Shown in pieces: positions 1 to 9,981 of a stretch of DNA of 64,000 nt (position 1 is the first letter of the stretch; every line of letters starts with the position of its first letter). The notes under the pieces were generated by a model. The model saw only the letters and a program-made list of their open reading frames with translations, did no database searches and was not told where the DNA came from. Source of the DNA: a virus (Duplodnaviria; Caudoviricetes); IMG/VR virus record IMGVR_UViG_3300032295_002791, positions 1 to 64,000 of that record; one strand, written 5' to 3'. Made by a program: the position numbers and the translations under genes.

Positions 1-318
1 AACTGGACAAGAGATGTTCAGAAAAAAGTTCCTTACTACGCAGACCAAATTCCACCATTCGATATCACAGTTACATTTGTTAACGAATATGGAAACGCAG
101 CAGTAAGATCAATTTATGGAGTTGAGCTTTTGAACGAAGGTTCGGGAGCATCAATGGATGATATAGTAATTGAAGAAACAATGACCTACGTCGCTAGAGA
201 ACTTGGGCCAATGTATACCATTTCAACATCAGCTCTGGAAAAAGATCAGAGTAATCTTGCTGATATCATTAGCGGTAACGCCGTAAAGGGTATGAGACCA
301 GAAATAATCCGTCCATAA
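1..318 (+). CDS. Tail tube-like virion protein, C-terminal part (5' truncated by window edge); probable major tube protein
   Basis: Frame 1 is open from base 1: NWTRDVQKKVPYYADQIPPFDITVTFVNEYGNAAVRSIYGVELLNEGSGASMDDIVIEETMTYVAR. This aligns closely with the next ORF (PLADMLPPFDIVFTFFNEYGNASKMKIYGVTIVDEGQTMSIDDIMTEQTYTFMAR). A hairpin follows, and the gene lies upstream of the chaperones and tape measure. Confidence 0.7.
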   Translation, partial: NWTRDVQKKVPYYADQIPPFDITVTFVNEYGNAAVRSIYGVELLNEGSGASMDDIVIEETMTYVARELGPMYTISTSALEKDQSNLADIISGNAVKGMRPEIIRP

Positions 319-341
319 CTAGATCTTAATAGTTATTCTGA

Positions 342-380
342 GTAGTGCATGAGGGGAATACTTCCTTCATGCACTATTCT
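342..380 (+). terminator. Stem-loop, probable intrinsic terminator or attenuator after the first tube gene
   Basis: TAGTGCATGAGGGGAA-TAC-TTCCTTCATGCACTA inverted repeat (one G-U pair), followed by TTCTATTT. Confidence 0.7.
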
Positions 381-394
381 ATTTAGGAGATAAA

Positions 395-1102
395 ATGGCA
401 CAATCCAGCAAAACGTATACCATTTCTTCTGTCAATCCAAAAGATGGAACGTTTAATTTCGAAGATGCATTAAATAATATTTCTTATGCTGGAGCAGACA
501 TTGTTGCAACAATGATTTTGCCCCCAATGGGAACCGCCAATACAGCTGGTGACTATTTAGAAATAGGAGATCTACAAACTGTATCTTATTCAATCCACAG
601 AGAGAATACACCAATAAGAACATTGGGACATTCAAACGTAAGAGGATTTGTTAAGGGATCGAGAACAATTGCCGGATCATTAATCTTTACTGTATTCAAT
701 GAATACACTTGGTATAAAATTAAAGAGTATCAAGATTATCTATCTAGAAGCAATGGGTTCTTTGCACCATTGGCAGATATGTTGCCACCGTTTGATATCG
801 TCTTTACATTCTTTAATGAATACGGCAATGCTTCAAAAATGAAGATATATGGAGTTACTATAGTTGACGAAGGTCAAACCATGTCGATTGATGATATAAT
901 GACTGAACAGACATATACATTTATGGCTAGAGGCATTCAGCCAATGACTAATATAATTAATGAAAAAGAAATGATGAAAATGCCAGAGGAAGATGCTCGA
1001 AGAGCAGCTCAAAGAAATAGAAATATATTTGGCGACAGCACAGAGGGAGTAGGGATAACTACTCTCTATCAAAACTTTATAGAAGAAATTTATACTCTTT
1101 AG
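395..1102 (+). CDS. Tail tube-like protein (paralogue 2)
   Basis: RBS AGGAG. Motifs SYAGADI, LQTVSYSIHRE, GFVKGSRTIAGSLIFTVF, LPPFDI..FNEYG, YTFMARGI give a beta-rich tube-type pattern. Paralogous to both flanking ORFs. Confidence 0.65.
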   Translation: MAQSSKTYTISSVNPKDGTFNFEDALNNISYAGADIVATMILPPMGTANTAGDYLEIGDLQTVSYSIHRENTPIRTLGHSNVRGFVKGSRTIAGSLIFTVFNEYTWYKIKEYQDYLSRSNGFFAPLADMLPPFDIVFTFFNEYGNASKMKIYGVTIVDEGQTMSIDDIMTEQTYTFMARGIQPMTNIINEKEMMKMPEEDARRAAQRNRNIFGDSTEGVGITTLYQNFIEEIYTL

Positions 1103-1111
1103 TAGGTAAAA

Positions 1112-2104
1112 ATGGCCGGCAATAGAAGTGAAAGATTTGATCCGCTGTCTAATCAGTTAGACTTAATATGGTCTGGCAGTCCAACACCAGAAAAAAACTC
1201 ATTCAATAGTTATTATGATTACTTCTTTAGCGGAGAAGATATTAAGGTTTATATTGATGGATTATTTTCTGAAGAATATGAACTAGACATAGCTGCATTA
1301 TCTTATAATATAAGACAAGAAAAGCAACCACTCTATGGTTTCTGGTCGTACAACTATGATGCCATGATGTATGGTACAAGAATTATAACTGGAGAGTTTT
1401 CGGTATATACAAGATATCCAAGAAGAATAACAGATCTAATAGAAGAAGCTGCAAAAGCAAGAACGCAGCAGCCAGATCCAAGAAAAGATAATTCTTTAAT
1501 TAAATCTTCTTTAAGAAACATAGATTATGGCTCATCTAGTTCCGCAGTAAGAAGCTTGCAGGACGAAAAAAATGTTCAAAAATATTGGGCATATAGTCAG
1601 TTAGATAGAATATCTACTGATCCATTTTCAAAAAACGTTGTAGACTCAGGTAAGAATATTTTCAGTGCCCACCCACCATTTAACTTTATTATTCTTTATG
1701 GAGTTGAGGAAGTTTCAACAACAGCAAAAGATTACTTAAAAGCAGAAGATAAAGTTATAGAATCTAATTTAGATAGAATGATGATTTCTGACGTTAACGA
1801 AAGATTGATTAAGCCAAATACAAATAATCAAGCTAGCCCAATGAAGATAGTTCTACAGGAAATACAGCTCATGAGTATGACAACAACCTATGCTTCTGGC
1901 GGTTCTCCATTGGTTGAAAATTATCAATTTATGGCTAGAGATTATTATTTTAGCGAAGTTGATTTAGGCTTTATTAAGAATACCGTAACAAACAATACCT
2001 CAGAGGAGCCAATTGCATCCTCATGGCAAAATGGTGTTCCAACCCAAACCGCGACAAACTATAATGCTCCTTCAAGAAATGAAGCTCCACAGTACTTTTT
2101 GTAG
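1112..2104 (+). CDS. Tail tube-like protein (paralogue 3)
   Basis: FSGEDIKVYI, LSYNIRQEKQPLYG, GTRIITGEF, HPPFNFIILYG, ENYQFMARD follow the same motif order as the previous ORF. Confidence 0.6.
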   Translation: MAGNRSERFDPLSNQLDLIWSGSPTPEKNSFNSYYDYFFSGEDIKVYIDGLFSEEYELDIAALSYNIRQEKQPLYGFWSYNYDAMMYGTRIITGEFSVYTRYPRRITDLIEEAAKARTQQPDPRKDNSLIKSSLRNIDYGSSSSAVRSLQDEKNVQKYWAYSQLDRISTDPFSKNVVDSGKNIFSAHPPFNFIILYGVEEVSTTAKDYLKAEDKVIESNLDRMMISDVNERLIKPNTNNQASPMKIVLQEIQLMSMTTTYASGGSPLVENYQFMARDYYFSEVDLGFIKNTVTNNTSEEPIASSWQNGVPTQTATNYNAPSRNEAPQYFL

Positions 2105-2121
2105 GTAATTAATAGTTAAAT

Positions 2122-2150
2122 TTGTTATATAAAAACATATCATGTATAAT
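2122..2150 (+). promoter_or_regulatory. Sigma70/SigA-type promoter
   Basis: TTGTTA (2122-2127), 17 nt spacer, TATAAT (2145-2150) in the intergenic gap. RBS AAGGAG at 2172. Confidence 0.6.
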
Positions 2151-2178
2151 GTAAAGTAATTCTTTTATTTAAGGAGAA

Positions 2179-2697
2179 ATGATGACAGGAAGAAAAGTAA
2201 CAATCAAAAGCAACCCAGAAGCAGCAGAGCAAATGGGTGTTGATGAAGTAACCGAAGTAACAGTTGATGGCCCAGCTGGAGAAGACGTGGATGCAGAAGT
2301 AGTTCTTGAGGAGTCAGTCAGCATCGAATCTCTTCCTGATGATCAGGAAATATGGGACGGTGGCCCGAATGCTGGCATGATCAAAGCATGGAAAGAACAA
2401 TTTGGTGAAGTATATGTTACATCGATAACTTTTGATAAGCATATCGTATGGAGAGTTCTTAATAGACTCGAATACAAGAATCTTGTTAAGAAAATGGAAC
2501 AGCTTGTTCAGGCTGGTCAGTTAAGCTCAGCAGAAGCCAATATGTGGAACGAAGAAGCAATTGCTGAATTGTGCATTCTTTATCCGCAATTTGACAAAAT
2601 AGAGATGAAGGGCATTATGGCTGGTATTCCATCATTGATTTCCCAAGAGGTATTAGAAGCCTCCGGATTCGTTGCCTTGGAAGTAAGACAGTTATAA
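2179..2697 (+). CDS. Tail assembly chaperone-like protein 1
   Basis: Lies between tube genes and tape measure. Acidic N-terminus; WKEQFGEVY..IVWRVLNRLEY..CILYP..GIPSLISQEVLEASGF. Confidence 0.6.
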   Translation: MMTGRKVTIKSNPEAAEQMGVDEVTEVTVDGPAGEDVDAEVVLEESVSIESLPDDQEIWDGGPNAGMIKAWKEQFGEVYVTSITFDKHIVWRVLNRLEYKNLVKKMEQLVQAGQLSSAEANMWNEEAIAELCILYPQFDKIEMKGIMAGIPSLISQEVLEASGFVALEVRQL

Positions 2698-2706
2698 TTT
2701 TAAAAT

Positions 2707-3336
2707 ATGATAGAACCTGAAAAACTTTATGAACTTAAAAAGAAACATGGTTCTATATTCAGTGTTAACCTAAAAAGCCAGCAAGTAATTTTTAGGGAAT
2801 TAACATTTGATGAATATGACAAAATTCTTGAATATAAAAATTCTGAGGATACATCTTCCTTAGACGCAGAAGATTTAATTATTAATTCTGCAGTTGTATA
2901 TCCTGATGACTTTTCTGTAGATGCAGTCCAGCCCGGGCTGATAGCTTCGTTGGCTCAAGAGATAATGGACTTTTCTGGGTTCTATTCTGCCGGCCTGGCT
3001 AAGAGTATATTGGAATCCAAAAGAGAAAAAGCTAATGAAGTAAGAAGCTTAATGAAAGCTTTTGTTTTGGCTACTATAACTACGTACTCTCCTGAAGATT
3101 TAGATAAGATGACCTTTTCCCAGTTGGCGGAAATGGTTGCCTTATCTGAAAAAATTATAGAAATAAAACAGAATATAAATGGAATTGAATCAACCAATAT
3201 TACTCTTCAGTTAATAGATCCTGAAGAGGAATTGGCAAAGCAAAAGCAATCTGCGGCAAGACATAATCTTTCCAAGAAAACAGGAGAAGCAGAGTATCAA
3301 GACCCAATAGCACAAAAGCTTTGGGGTATGCAATAA
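2707..3336 (+). CDS. Tail assembly chaperone-like protein 2 (paralogue)
   Basis: LKKKHGSIF..VIFRELTFDEY..SAVVYP..GLIASLAQEIMDFSGF aligns with the previous ORF. Confidence 0.6.
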   Translation: MIEPEKLYELKKKHGSIFSVNLKSQQVIFRELTFDEYDKILEYKNSEDTSSLDAEDLIINSAVVYPDDFSVDAVQPGLIASLAQEIMDFSGFYSAGLAKSILESKREKANEVRSLMKAFVLATITTYSPEDLDKMTFSQLAEMVALSEKIIEIKQNINGIESTNITLQLIDPEEELAKQKQSAARHNLSKKTGEAEYQDPIAQKLWGMQ

Positions 3337-3354
3337 TAATCAAGGGGAATTAAA

Positions 3355-6300
3355 TTGATTAGAGATCGTGGACCGATTCATAACTTAGGTTATGGTGTTA
3401 CGTCCAGAGATCTATCTTTCAATGAAGGAGAGACTGAGGGCGTCTCACCTAATAGTGGCCAATTAACTAAGGCGCTTGATGGCCATCCGGTCATGAGATT
3501 TTTTGCTCACACTGGAGCAACAATAGCCGTTGCTGGCGTTATGTCGGCAATGATGAAAAAGGGTGGGCTAAAGCTAGCTCAAAAATTACAAAGTTCTACA
3601 ACTGATTTTGCAACCTCGTCAGTTAAAACAATAACAGATATAAGAAGACATCTTGATCAGCTACAAGGCGTTAAAAGATTTGTCGAAGATGGTGTTGATC
3701 CATACTCAAAACTTGTATTTGAAACTGAAGAAGGAATAACAACTGGTTATAAAGGTTCAAGTAGTGAATCTCATAGGCTTTATAATCTTACAAAAGATGA
3801 AATAAGACAAGCTCAGAGAGGTCCAACCCACTCCCCACCAGCCCTGTACACAATGCAGGATGAAATACAGAAAAGGTTGGTTAGAGCTGGAAGAAGACTG
3901 CCGTATGAGCTTCCCGCTTTATATGTTACACAAAGAGGTTTGACAGATAATCTTTTTGGAAAAAATGAAGACAAGAAAAAAGTAAATTGGTATAACCCGG
4001 TAGACGTAGTAACAGACTTTGTTAAAACATCGGTAACTAACCTTGCAACTACTATTCTTCCATTTGAAGTGCTTGGAAGTAGTGCAACTGTAACAAGAAG
4101 TTCTTTAATGAATTTCAAGAACTCAATGGGCTCATTAAGGAGTATGAGTCCAACAAGACAAGCAATGAACAAGGGGTTTGTAGATCTTTCTGAAGTTTTA
4201 TCAGAAGTAGGACATGACGCAGCTTCTGTTTCTAATAAGTTTTTAAAGAAAGCATCACAATTAAGTGGAACCTTCAATGCTGGAGCAGAAGCATTTAAAG
4301 AGCAACCACAATTTGTTAAATCCCTATATGATGCTAGACACGGTGCAAAAATTGCAGCCGATGCAGCTAGGGCAAAAAATGCAAGCTCAGCGCAAAGGGC
4401 AACAGAAGCAGTAAAAACTTTTGCATTTGGTCTTTCATCTCCAGCTACAATTCCAGGAACAAGCACACCAGTTCAGTATGGGGCTTTTGACGCCATCCCT
4501 GCATTTAGAGGTTTAAGCGGTGCAATAAAAGCTGGCTACAAAGAATTTAAAATGTCTGGGCAAGCATATGATGCAATTCAAAGTTCAATTAGATACAACG
4601 AAATTATATCAGATGCTACTATGGCAGTTGGGACAGCATCTCGCAACTCTTTTGAAAAATCAATACAAAGAATTCAATCTCAACATTCAAGTAGATTAAC
4701 GCGTCTTGCTGGCCAAGTATCCATACTTGGAGCGGGTGGACCAGGAGATAAAGCTTTTGGCAGATCAGATTTCTACAGGGGTCAGCAAACTCATGAATAT
4801 AAAAACCTTCTTGCACAAAGATTAACAGCAAAAGGTGTATTGGGCACCGAGGAAATAGATGATTTTGTAAATCAATTAAGAGTAAATACTCCAGGAAGAG
4901 GGTCTCATTCTACTAACGTAATTTCAATAGGTAGATCAACAATCGTTGCAGATGAGAGTGAATATTACGACATTGTTCTTAAGAAATATAAAACACTTAA
5001 GCATGGTAAGAGTTTTGAGCAATCTTTAACCGCCGCTGCTGGTGGAACTAGCCCACAAAATTTCCTAAAAGAAATTGTTGATGAAACAAATGCTCAATTT
5101 CTAAGTAAAGAATTCCAGCTTGGAATGAGAAATAAAATTGGAGAACAATGGAATTCATTCGCAAGAAATGACTTAGTAGATATTGCTGGGACAATTCTTA
5201 AACCACAAAAAGCTGTTTATAATGAATTTGTTGGACCACTGAGTTCTGCCAAACAACAATTCTTACAAAGGAAAACAGCACAAGTACTTGGCGTAAAATT
5301 AAAAAATGATTCTGGAAGAATGGTATCAGATGATATTGTTAAGAAAGGATTAGCAAATAGAGGATTTGATCCAAATGATTTTGTTGGATTAAGATCTTTC
5401 CTTCTAGAAAAAAGACAAATATCTTCTGGTCTATTTGGTGGTAACTACAACATATTTGGACTAAAGCCACTCCTAATAGATGAGGCAATACAGAGGGATA
5501 GATTTAAGGGACTACCTGATTCTCAAAAAAGAATAATATCAGACCTTGCTGGAAGAATGGCAATTAATGATCCAGTTTCTAAATCCATAGGACTTAGTAG
5601 GCTAGATGGAGTTTATAAAACTAGATCAGGAAATATATTAGACTTTAGTACAATAAAAAACACTTTTTCAAATACAGCTAATTTCTTTGCTTCTGAATTC
5701 CAAATACCAATTATCAAATTAAATCCAGCTGATTTATTTGGATTTAGATCCTTTGCAGATATAGCCAAGAGAGGCCCACTACAATATAGCCCAGGAAGAT
5801 CAGTACAACCATTTGGTGACTTAGCGTCTTCAAAAGCAGATTTCCACATGTGGCATAGCACTGGTGGATTTCTTGGAACAAAAGGTAAAATTACTAGCTA
5901 TTCTGTTAACTCAGAATCTGGTGCAACCTTTGGAAAAACACTAAGGGGAACATACAGGCCACTTCCAACCAATAGCACAGAGATGCTTACCAGGCATGCT
6001 AGGTATGCAGCTGGCCTTACTGGCCAAGCAGCATATGAAGTAACTGGGCAATCTGGTTCTAGATTTTTAGATAGAGTATTAAATAACTCTACCAATAATC
6101 AAAGAGCTACTAGATTCAAGAGTAGAATGGCAATCGACTCTGAGCAGCCAAACTCTATATTTGGTCTTTTGTCTAGATTCCAAAAAAGAAATGTTGATGT
6201 AAATAATCCAAAAATATTATCAAAATTATTAACCGGAGAAGAAGTAACACTTAAGACTGACAGTGTTTCTAAAAAAATTAGATTAAATTCTAACAGTAAC

Positions 6301-9300
6301 GGTGTTACCTTCATAGATGAAGCTGGTTTAGCAGTTAGCGGTATTGAAGAAAAGCAAATACTAACTGCAATGAATGACCTAAGAAAGAATACTTTCCAAT
6401 ACGGTCTGCCCAAAAAGGTAATGGAGCAATTAGAACTATTTGATAAAACTTTATTTACTTTTGGCGCAACAAATAAGAGTATAGCTAATATAACTACACA
6501 AAAAGAAGCGTTTGATTTTGCAGCAGAGATAGAGGCAGCTCTGCCAATGCTCAAGGCTCAAGCAAGAGAAATGGGAATAGATCCAAGGGTTATAGAACAA
6601 TCTTTTTCTAATATAAGAAAACTACAAAGAGAAACTAATCTTTTAGCTACTTCTCAATTAGCCCAAAGGTCTCCATCTATTTCGACAAAAATAGACGAAA
6701 TGCGAAATGAAATATTTAGATTTGTTTCGCAAACAAATGCAGCAATAACCGGAAATCCAGCATTGGGCGGTAGACAAGATGACATGTTTATCGCAATGCA
6801 AGATGTTATATTAAAATTAAAATCTCAACTACCGGCATCAGAATTTGCTGAAGCACAAGCTGCAGCGTTATCAACACTATTTAACACTAGTGCATTTTCA
6901 ACATACAAGAGAGACGCTCAACTATTTGATAACGCAAAGAGCGCAGCTGCTAAGCTAGCAGAATTTGCAACAGGTAAAGCTAGTGGAGCAGTAAAGACTT
7001 TCTTTAATCCGTACACATCTGGATCTGCATCTGTTATAAGTACAAATATAAAAAGGCCTTTTTCTTCTTTCCTTCCTCCATTTAAAAAAGCTTTCGGCAC
7101 TGCTCAATATAAGATCGGTGATTTATCAACAGATCCTTTGGGATCTTCTGGAAATGCAATAACTTTTGTTCCAACCTTTGGAACTGTATTCGAAAAAAAT
7201 CCATTTGGGGCAATCAAAAGTGCATTAGGTTTTACAACCTACTCTGATCCAGCTTCATATTCTGTAGCATCAACGCCAATATCTCAAGGCGTAGAGCGTT
7301 TAAATAGGTACTTTGGAACACTAGGAATGCAATTAGATGTATCCAAGTTTAAGGGTCCATTAGATCTATATGCAAGAGGAATGGTTGGCAAACGAGTTCT
7401 CCCAATATATGCTGCTGGTACAACTGTCTTCACCGCAGATAGAATGTTGGGTGGAGCACTTGGGCCAGAAGATAATTATGGAGAGAAAACTTATTCTCCA
7501 TTTGTCACAACAAAAGTCGCTAGAGCAATAGTTGAAACACAAGCAATTGCTGCAGGCCTAACTCCTGGTGGCATGACCAAGGAAGAAAAGAAGGAAGAAC
7601 TTTTAGATGGAGAAGTGCCAATTAGGCAGGGTAGATTCTGGCCGCTAGGCAACACTCCATTTAAGGGTGGAAAGATTCAATACTATAGACCATCTTGGTA
7701 TAGAAAACTACAAGGTGGAGCGCTATTCACATCTGATACCTATGGAAGTCCAGCAGAAAAATTCTTATTCTACAATGACATTTCGCCACTAAGGCCATTT
7801 GATCCATATAGATTTGAAAGAAAACATTATCAAGACAGACCATATCCTGTAACTGGAGAATATTTTACTGGTCCATTTGGTCCGATAAATACTGTCCTCA
7901 ATGCAACCGTAGGTAGAGTTCTAAAACCACAGGTCGCAATGCATCAGCAAGAAGTAATGCAGGGGCTTGGTCAATATGTGGCAACTGGGCAATATGGCGC
8001 ATATGACACAAGTGCGTATAATGCAGGAATGGCTGGTGGCTCTAATGTCATACCAATAAACAGGGGTGCACTTGGTGGTCCCGGTGGATCTTATTCATCT
8101 ACAATGGTTTCTTCTCAGGTTGGTGGCTCAAATGCAAACTTAAGAGGAGCAGCACAATACCCATTAAATACTGCTCGTGGCACCACACGCAATGCTATAG
8201 CTGGATTAAATCAGCCGCTGATGGAAATGTCGTATGGTCCTCCAAAACAAAGAGGAGTAATGCCACCAAGAATAACTACTGCTGGTCAACCGATAGCTTC
8301 TGATATGTCTGGAGAGTTTGGGTACAGAGCTCAGGAAATGGCTGGTATTTATGGATTTGGATTTGCAAGCCTTAGAGAAAAATTTGGATTTGGTGAAAGT
8401 GATTTTGAACCCAATAGAGCAATGCTACAATCAGCTTCAAAAGGTTATGGAACATCAAGAGCTTTCTGGGATTTGAATCTTGGTGGATTGGGCGACGTTC
8501 CGATTCCAGCACAAGGTGCTCTTGGTAACATAGAATTTTCTGAAATTGTAAGAAGATTTATTCCAAAAGAAAGAACTGGAATAGATTACATAAACCCAAT
8601 TGCAAATACAATGGGTAAGCAGTATCCGTTTATGCCCGGCCCAGAATATTATATTAACTTTCAAACAGGTGATCCATTTACAAAAGTCCAAGAAGGAGAA
8701 GTAAGACTTCCTGGAAGGGGGTATGAAAGATTTAATAGAATATCAGCGGATGATACTGGCAAGTATGGATTGGTTGATCAATTTAAAATTCTTGCTGATG
8801 TTGCTCCATACTCTCAGCAATTTAAATCTTTGAATAAGATGATGGACAAGATGGCTTTAAGTCCTGATCAAAAAATAAAAATTCAAGAGATTAGAGGCCG
8901 GGTAGAAGAAACAACAAGTAAATATGAATTCACTCCTTATCCTGATCAAAAAAATACAGTAGGCGGTAGCATAGGCAGAATGCAAAGGCTTGGAGAGTAT
9001 GTTGCTCATCGAGATACTTTGTTTAATACCAAGTTCTTAAACAAGAGAACAGCAACCGAAGATTGGGAAAGAAGAAATGTTTATGGAGCGACTTTCCCAC
9101 AGTGGCAAAGGCCGTTTGAAAGCTTCATTGAACCAATGCTCAATAAAGCAACTCAGAGAGATCCATTAACAGCAGCAGCAGCTTTGGGTGTAACTGGTTC
9201 ATTTTTTGGTAGAACTCCAAAAGCAAGATTGTTTGGTAGCGCTGTAGGAACGGTGGTTGGTGGAGGTGTATCTGCAATATCTCAACTTGGTCAAAAATTA

Positions 9301-9981
9301 ACTGGCGAAAGATATATTCCTCTTCAGAGAAAGAAAGAACTTGCTCTTGAAGAATATTCCGATATATTAACTTATACAAAAAATACTAGATTAGCATCCA
9401 TGGCCCAACAGGCTGGAGACTCTGCCGCAGCAAATCAATATAGACAAGCTGCAAAAAGAACAATGTATGGAGCAGACCTCTATGGAATGCCTATCGATAT
9501 GTTGAAACTCGCTATACCAAAAAGAAAAAGAGAACATTTTGTAGAAATGTTAAATGCTCCAGGCTCAGAAAGAGAAAGAATTCTTTCAACAGCTGGAAGA
9601 TTAGAGAGAAGAATTTATCAAGCAGCATGGGGTATGCCGGTTGAAGAAAAACCAGATTTAGCCGAGTACTTTGAAAGACACCAGCTTCCAGATTTATCAT
9701 GGGAAGGCTGGCATCCAAACACAAACATGGATCATGTAAAAGTTAAGATAGGTCAATCAATGGGTCTTGAAATGTCTCAAATGGGTTACTATCCACAACA
9801 GATAAAAGAAGCTAATTTGGCAAATCCAAGTTACCCAGTTTTTGATTCATCTTCCGCTAGAACAGATGTTCTATATAGGCTAAGGCAAATAATGAGTGGT
9901 ACTGGGGTGTCTGGAACGGTAACTCCAGTAATGAATCCATTTGGTTCTAATGAGATTAGTATTGCAGCAGGGATGAGATAA
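3355..9981 (+). CDS. Tape measure protein candidate (2208 aa)
   Basis: Very long, Ala/Gly/Ser-rich and largely helical, with several glycine-rich hydrophobic segments. Directly follows the chaperones. TTG start after AAGGGG. Confidence 0.6.
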   Translation: MIRDRGPIHNLGYGVTSRDLSFNEGETEGVSPNSGQLTKALDGHPVMRFFAHTGATIAVAGVMSAMMKKGGLKLAQKLQSSTTDFATSSVKTITDIRRHLDQLQGVKRFVEDGVDPYSKLVFETEEGITTGYKGSSSESHRLYNLTKDEIRQAQRGPTHSPPALYTMQDEIQKRLVRAGRRLPYELPALYVTQRGLTDNLFGKNEDKKKVNWYNPVDVVTDFVKTSVTNLATTILPFEVLGSSATVTRSSLMNFKNSMGSLRSMSPTRQAMNKGFVDLSEVLSEVGHDAASVSNKFLKKASQLSGTFNAGAEAFKEQPQFVKSLYDARHGAKIAADAARAKNASSAQRATEAVKTFAFGLSSPATIPGTSTPVQYGAFDAIPAFRGLSGAIKAGYKEFKMSGQAYDAIQSSIRYNEIISDATMAVGTASRNSFEKSIQRIQSQHSSRLTRLAGQVSILGAGGPGDKAFGRSDFYRGQQTHEYKNLLAQRLTAKGVLGTEEIDDFVNQLRVNTPGRGSHSTNVISIGRSTIVADESEYYDIVLKKYKTLKHGKSFEQSLTAAAGGTSPQNFLKEIVDETNAQFLSKEFQLGMRNKIGEQWNSFARNDLVDIAGTILKPQKAVYNEFVGPLSSAKQQFLQRKTAQVLGVKLKNDSGRMVSDDIVKKGLANRGFDPNDFVGLRSFLLEKRQISSGLFGGNYNIFGLKPLLIDEAIQRDRFKGLPDSQKRIISDLAGRMAINDPVSKSIGLSRLDGVYKTRSGNILDFSTIKNTFSNTANFFASEFQIPIIKLNPADLFGFRSFADIAKRGPLQYSPGRSVQPFGDLASSKADFHMWHSTGGFLGTKGKITSYSVNSESGATFGKTLRGTYRPLPTNSTEMLTRHARYAAGLTGQAAYEVTGQSGSRFLDRVLNNSTNNQRATRFKSRMAIDSEQPNSIFGLLSRFQKRNVDVNNPKILSKLLTGEEVTLKTDSVSKKIRLNSNSNGVTFIDEAGLAVSGIEEKQILTAMNDLRKNTFQYGLPKKVMEQLELFDKTLFTFGATNKSIANITTQKEAFDFAAEIEAALPMLKAQAREMGIDPRVIEQSFSNIRKLQRETNLLATSQLAQRSPSISTKIDEMRNEIFRFVSQTNAAITGNPALGGRQDDMFIAMQDVILKLKSQLPASEFAEAQAAALSTLFNTSAFSTYKRDAQLFDNAKSAAAKLAEFATGKASGAVKTFFNPYTSGSASVISTNIKRPFSSFLPPFKKAFGTAQYKIGDLSTDPLGSSGNAITFVPTFGTVFEKNPFGAIKSALGFTTYSDPASYSVASTPISQGVERLNRYFGTLGMQLDVSKFKGPLDLYARGMVGKRVLPIYAAGTTVFTADRMLGGALGPEDNYGEKTYSPFVTTKVARAIVETQAIAAGLTPGGMTKEEKKEELLDGEVPIRQGRFWPLGNTPFKGGKIQYYRPSWYRKLQGGALFTSDTYGSPAEKFLFYNDISPLRPFDPYRFERKHYQDRPYPVTGEYFTGPFGPINTVLNATVGRVLKPQVAMHQQEVMQGLGQYVATGQYGAYDTSAYNAGMAGGSNVIPINRGALGGPGGSYSSTMVSSQVGGSNANLRGAAQYPLNTARGTTRNAIAGLNQPLMEMSYGPPKQRGVMPPRITTAGQPIASDMSGEFGYRAQEMAGIYGFGFASLREKFGFGESDFEPNRAMLQSASKGYGTSRAFWDLNLGGLGDVPIPAQGALGNIEFSEIVRRFIPKERTGIDYINPIANTMGKQYPFMPGPEYYINFQTGDPFTKVQEGEVRLPGRGYERFNRISADDTGKYGLVDQFKILADVAPYSQQFKSLNKMMDKMALSPDQKIKIQEIRGRVEETTSKYEFTPYPDQKNTVGGSIGRMQRLGEYVAHRDTLFNTKFLNKRTATEDWERRNVYGATFPQWQRPFESFIEPMLNKATQRDPLTAAAALGVTGSFFGRTPKARLFGSAVGTVVGGGVSAISQLGQKLTGERYIPLQRKKELALEEYSDILTYTKNTRLASMAQQAGDSAAANQYRQAAKRTMYGADLYGMPIDMLKLAIPKRKREHFVEMLNAPGSERERILSTAGRLERRIYQAAWGMPVEEKPDLAEYFERHQLPDLSWEGWHPNTNMDHVKVKIGQSMGLEMSQMGYYPQQIKEANLANPSYPVFDSSSARTDVLYRLRQIMSGTGVSGTVTPVMNPFGSNEISIAAGMR

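Noticed and set aside
130-318. 62-aa ORF starting at 130
   Set aside because: The frame is open from base 1; this is the tail end of a longer gene.
2680-2710. Programmed -1 frameshift between the tail chaperones
   Set aside because: No XXXYYYZ heptamer before the stop, and the second gene has its own ATG and is a full paralogue.
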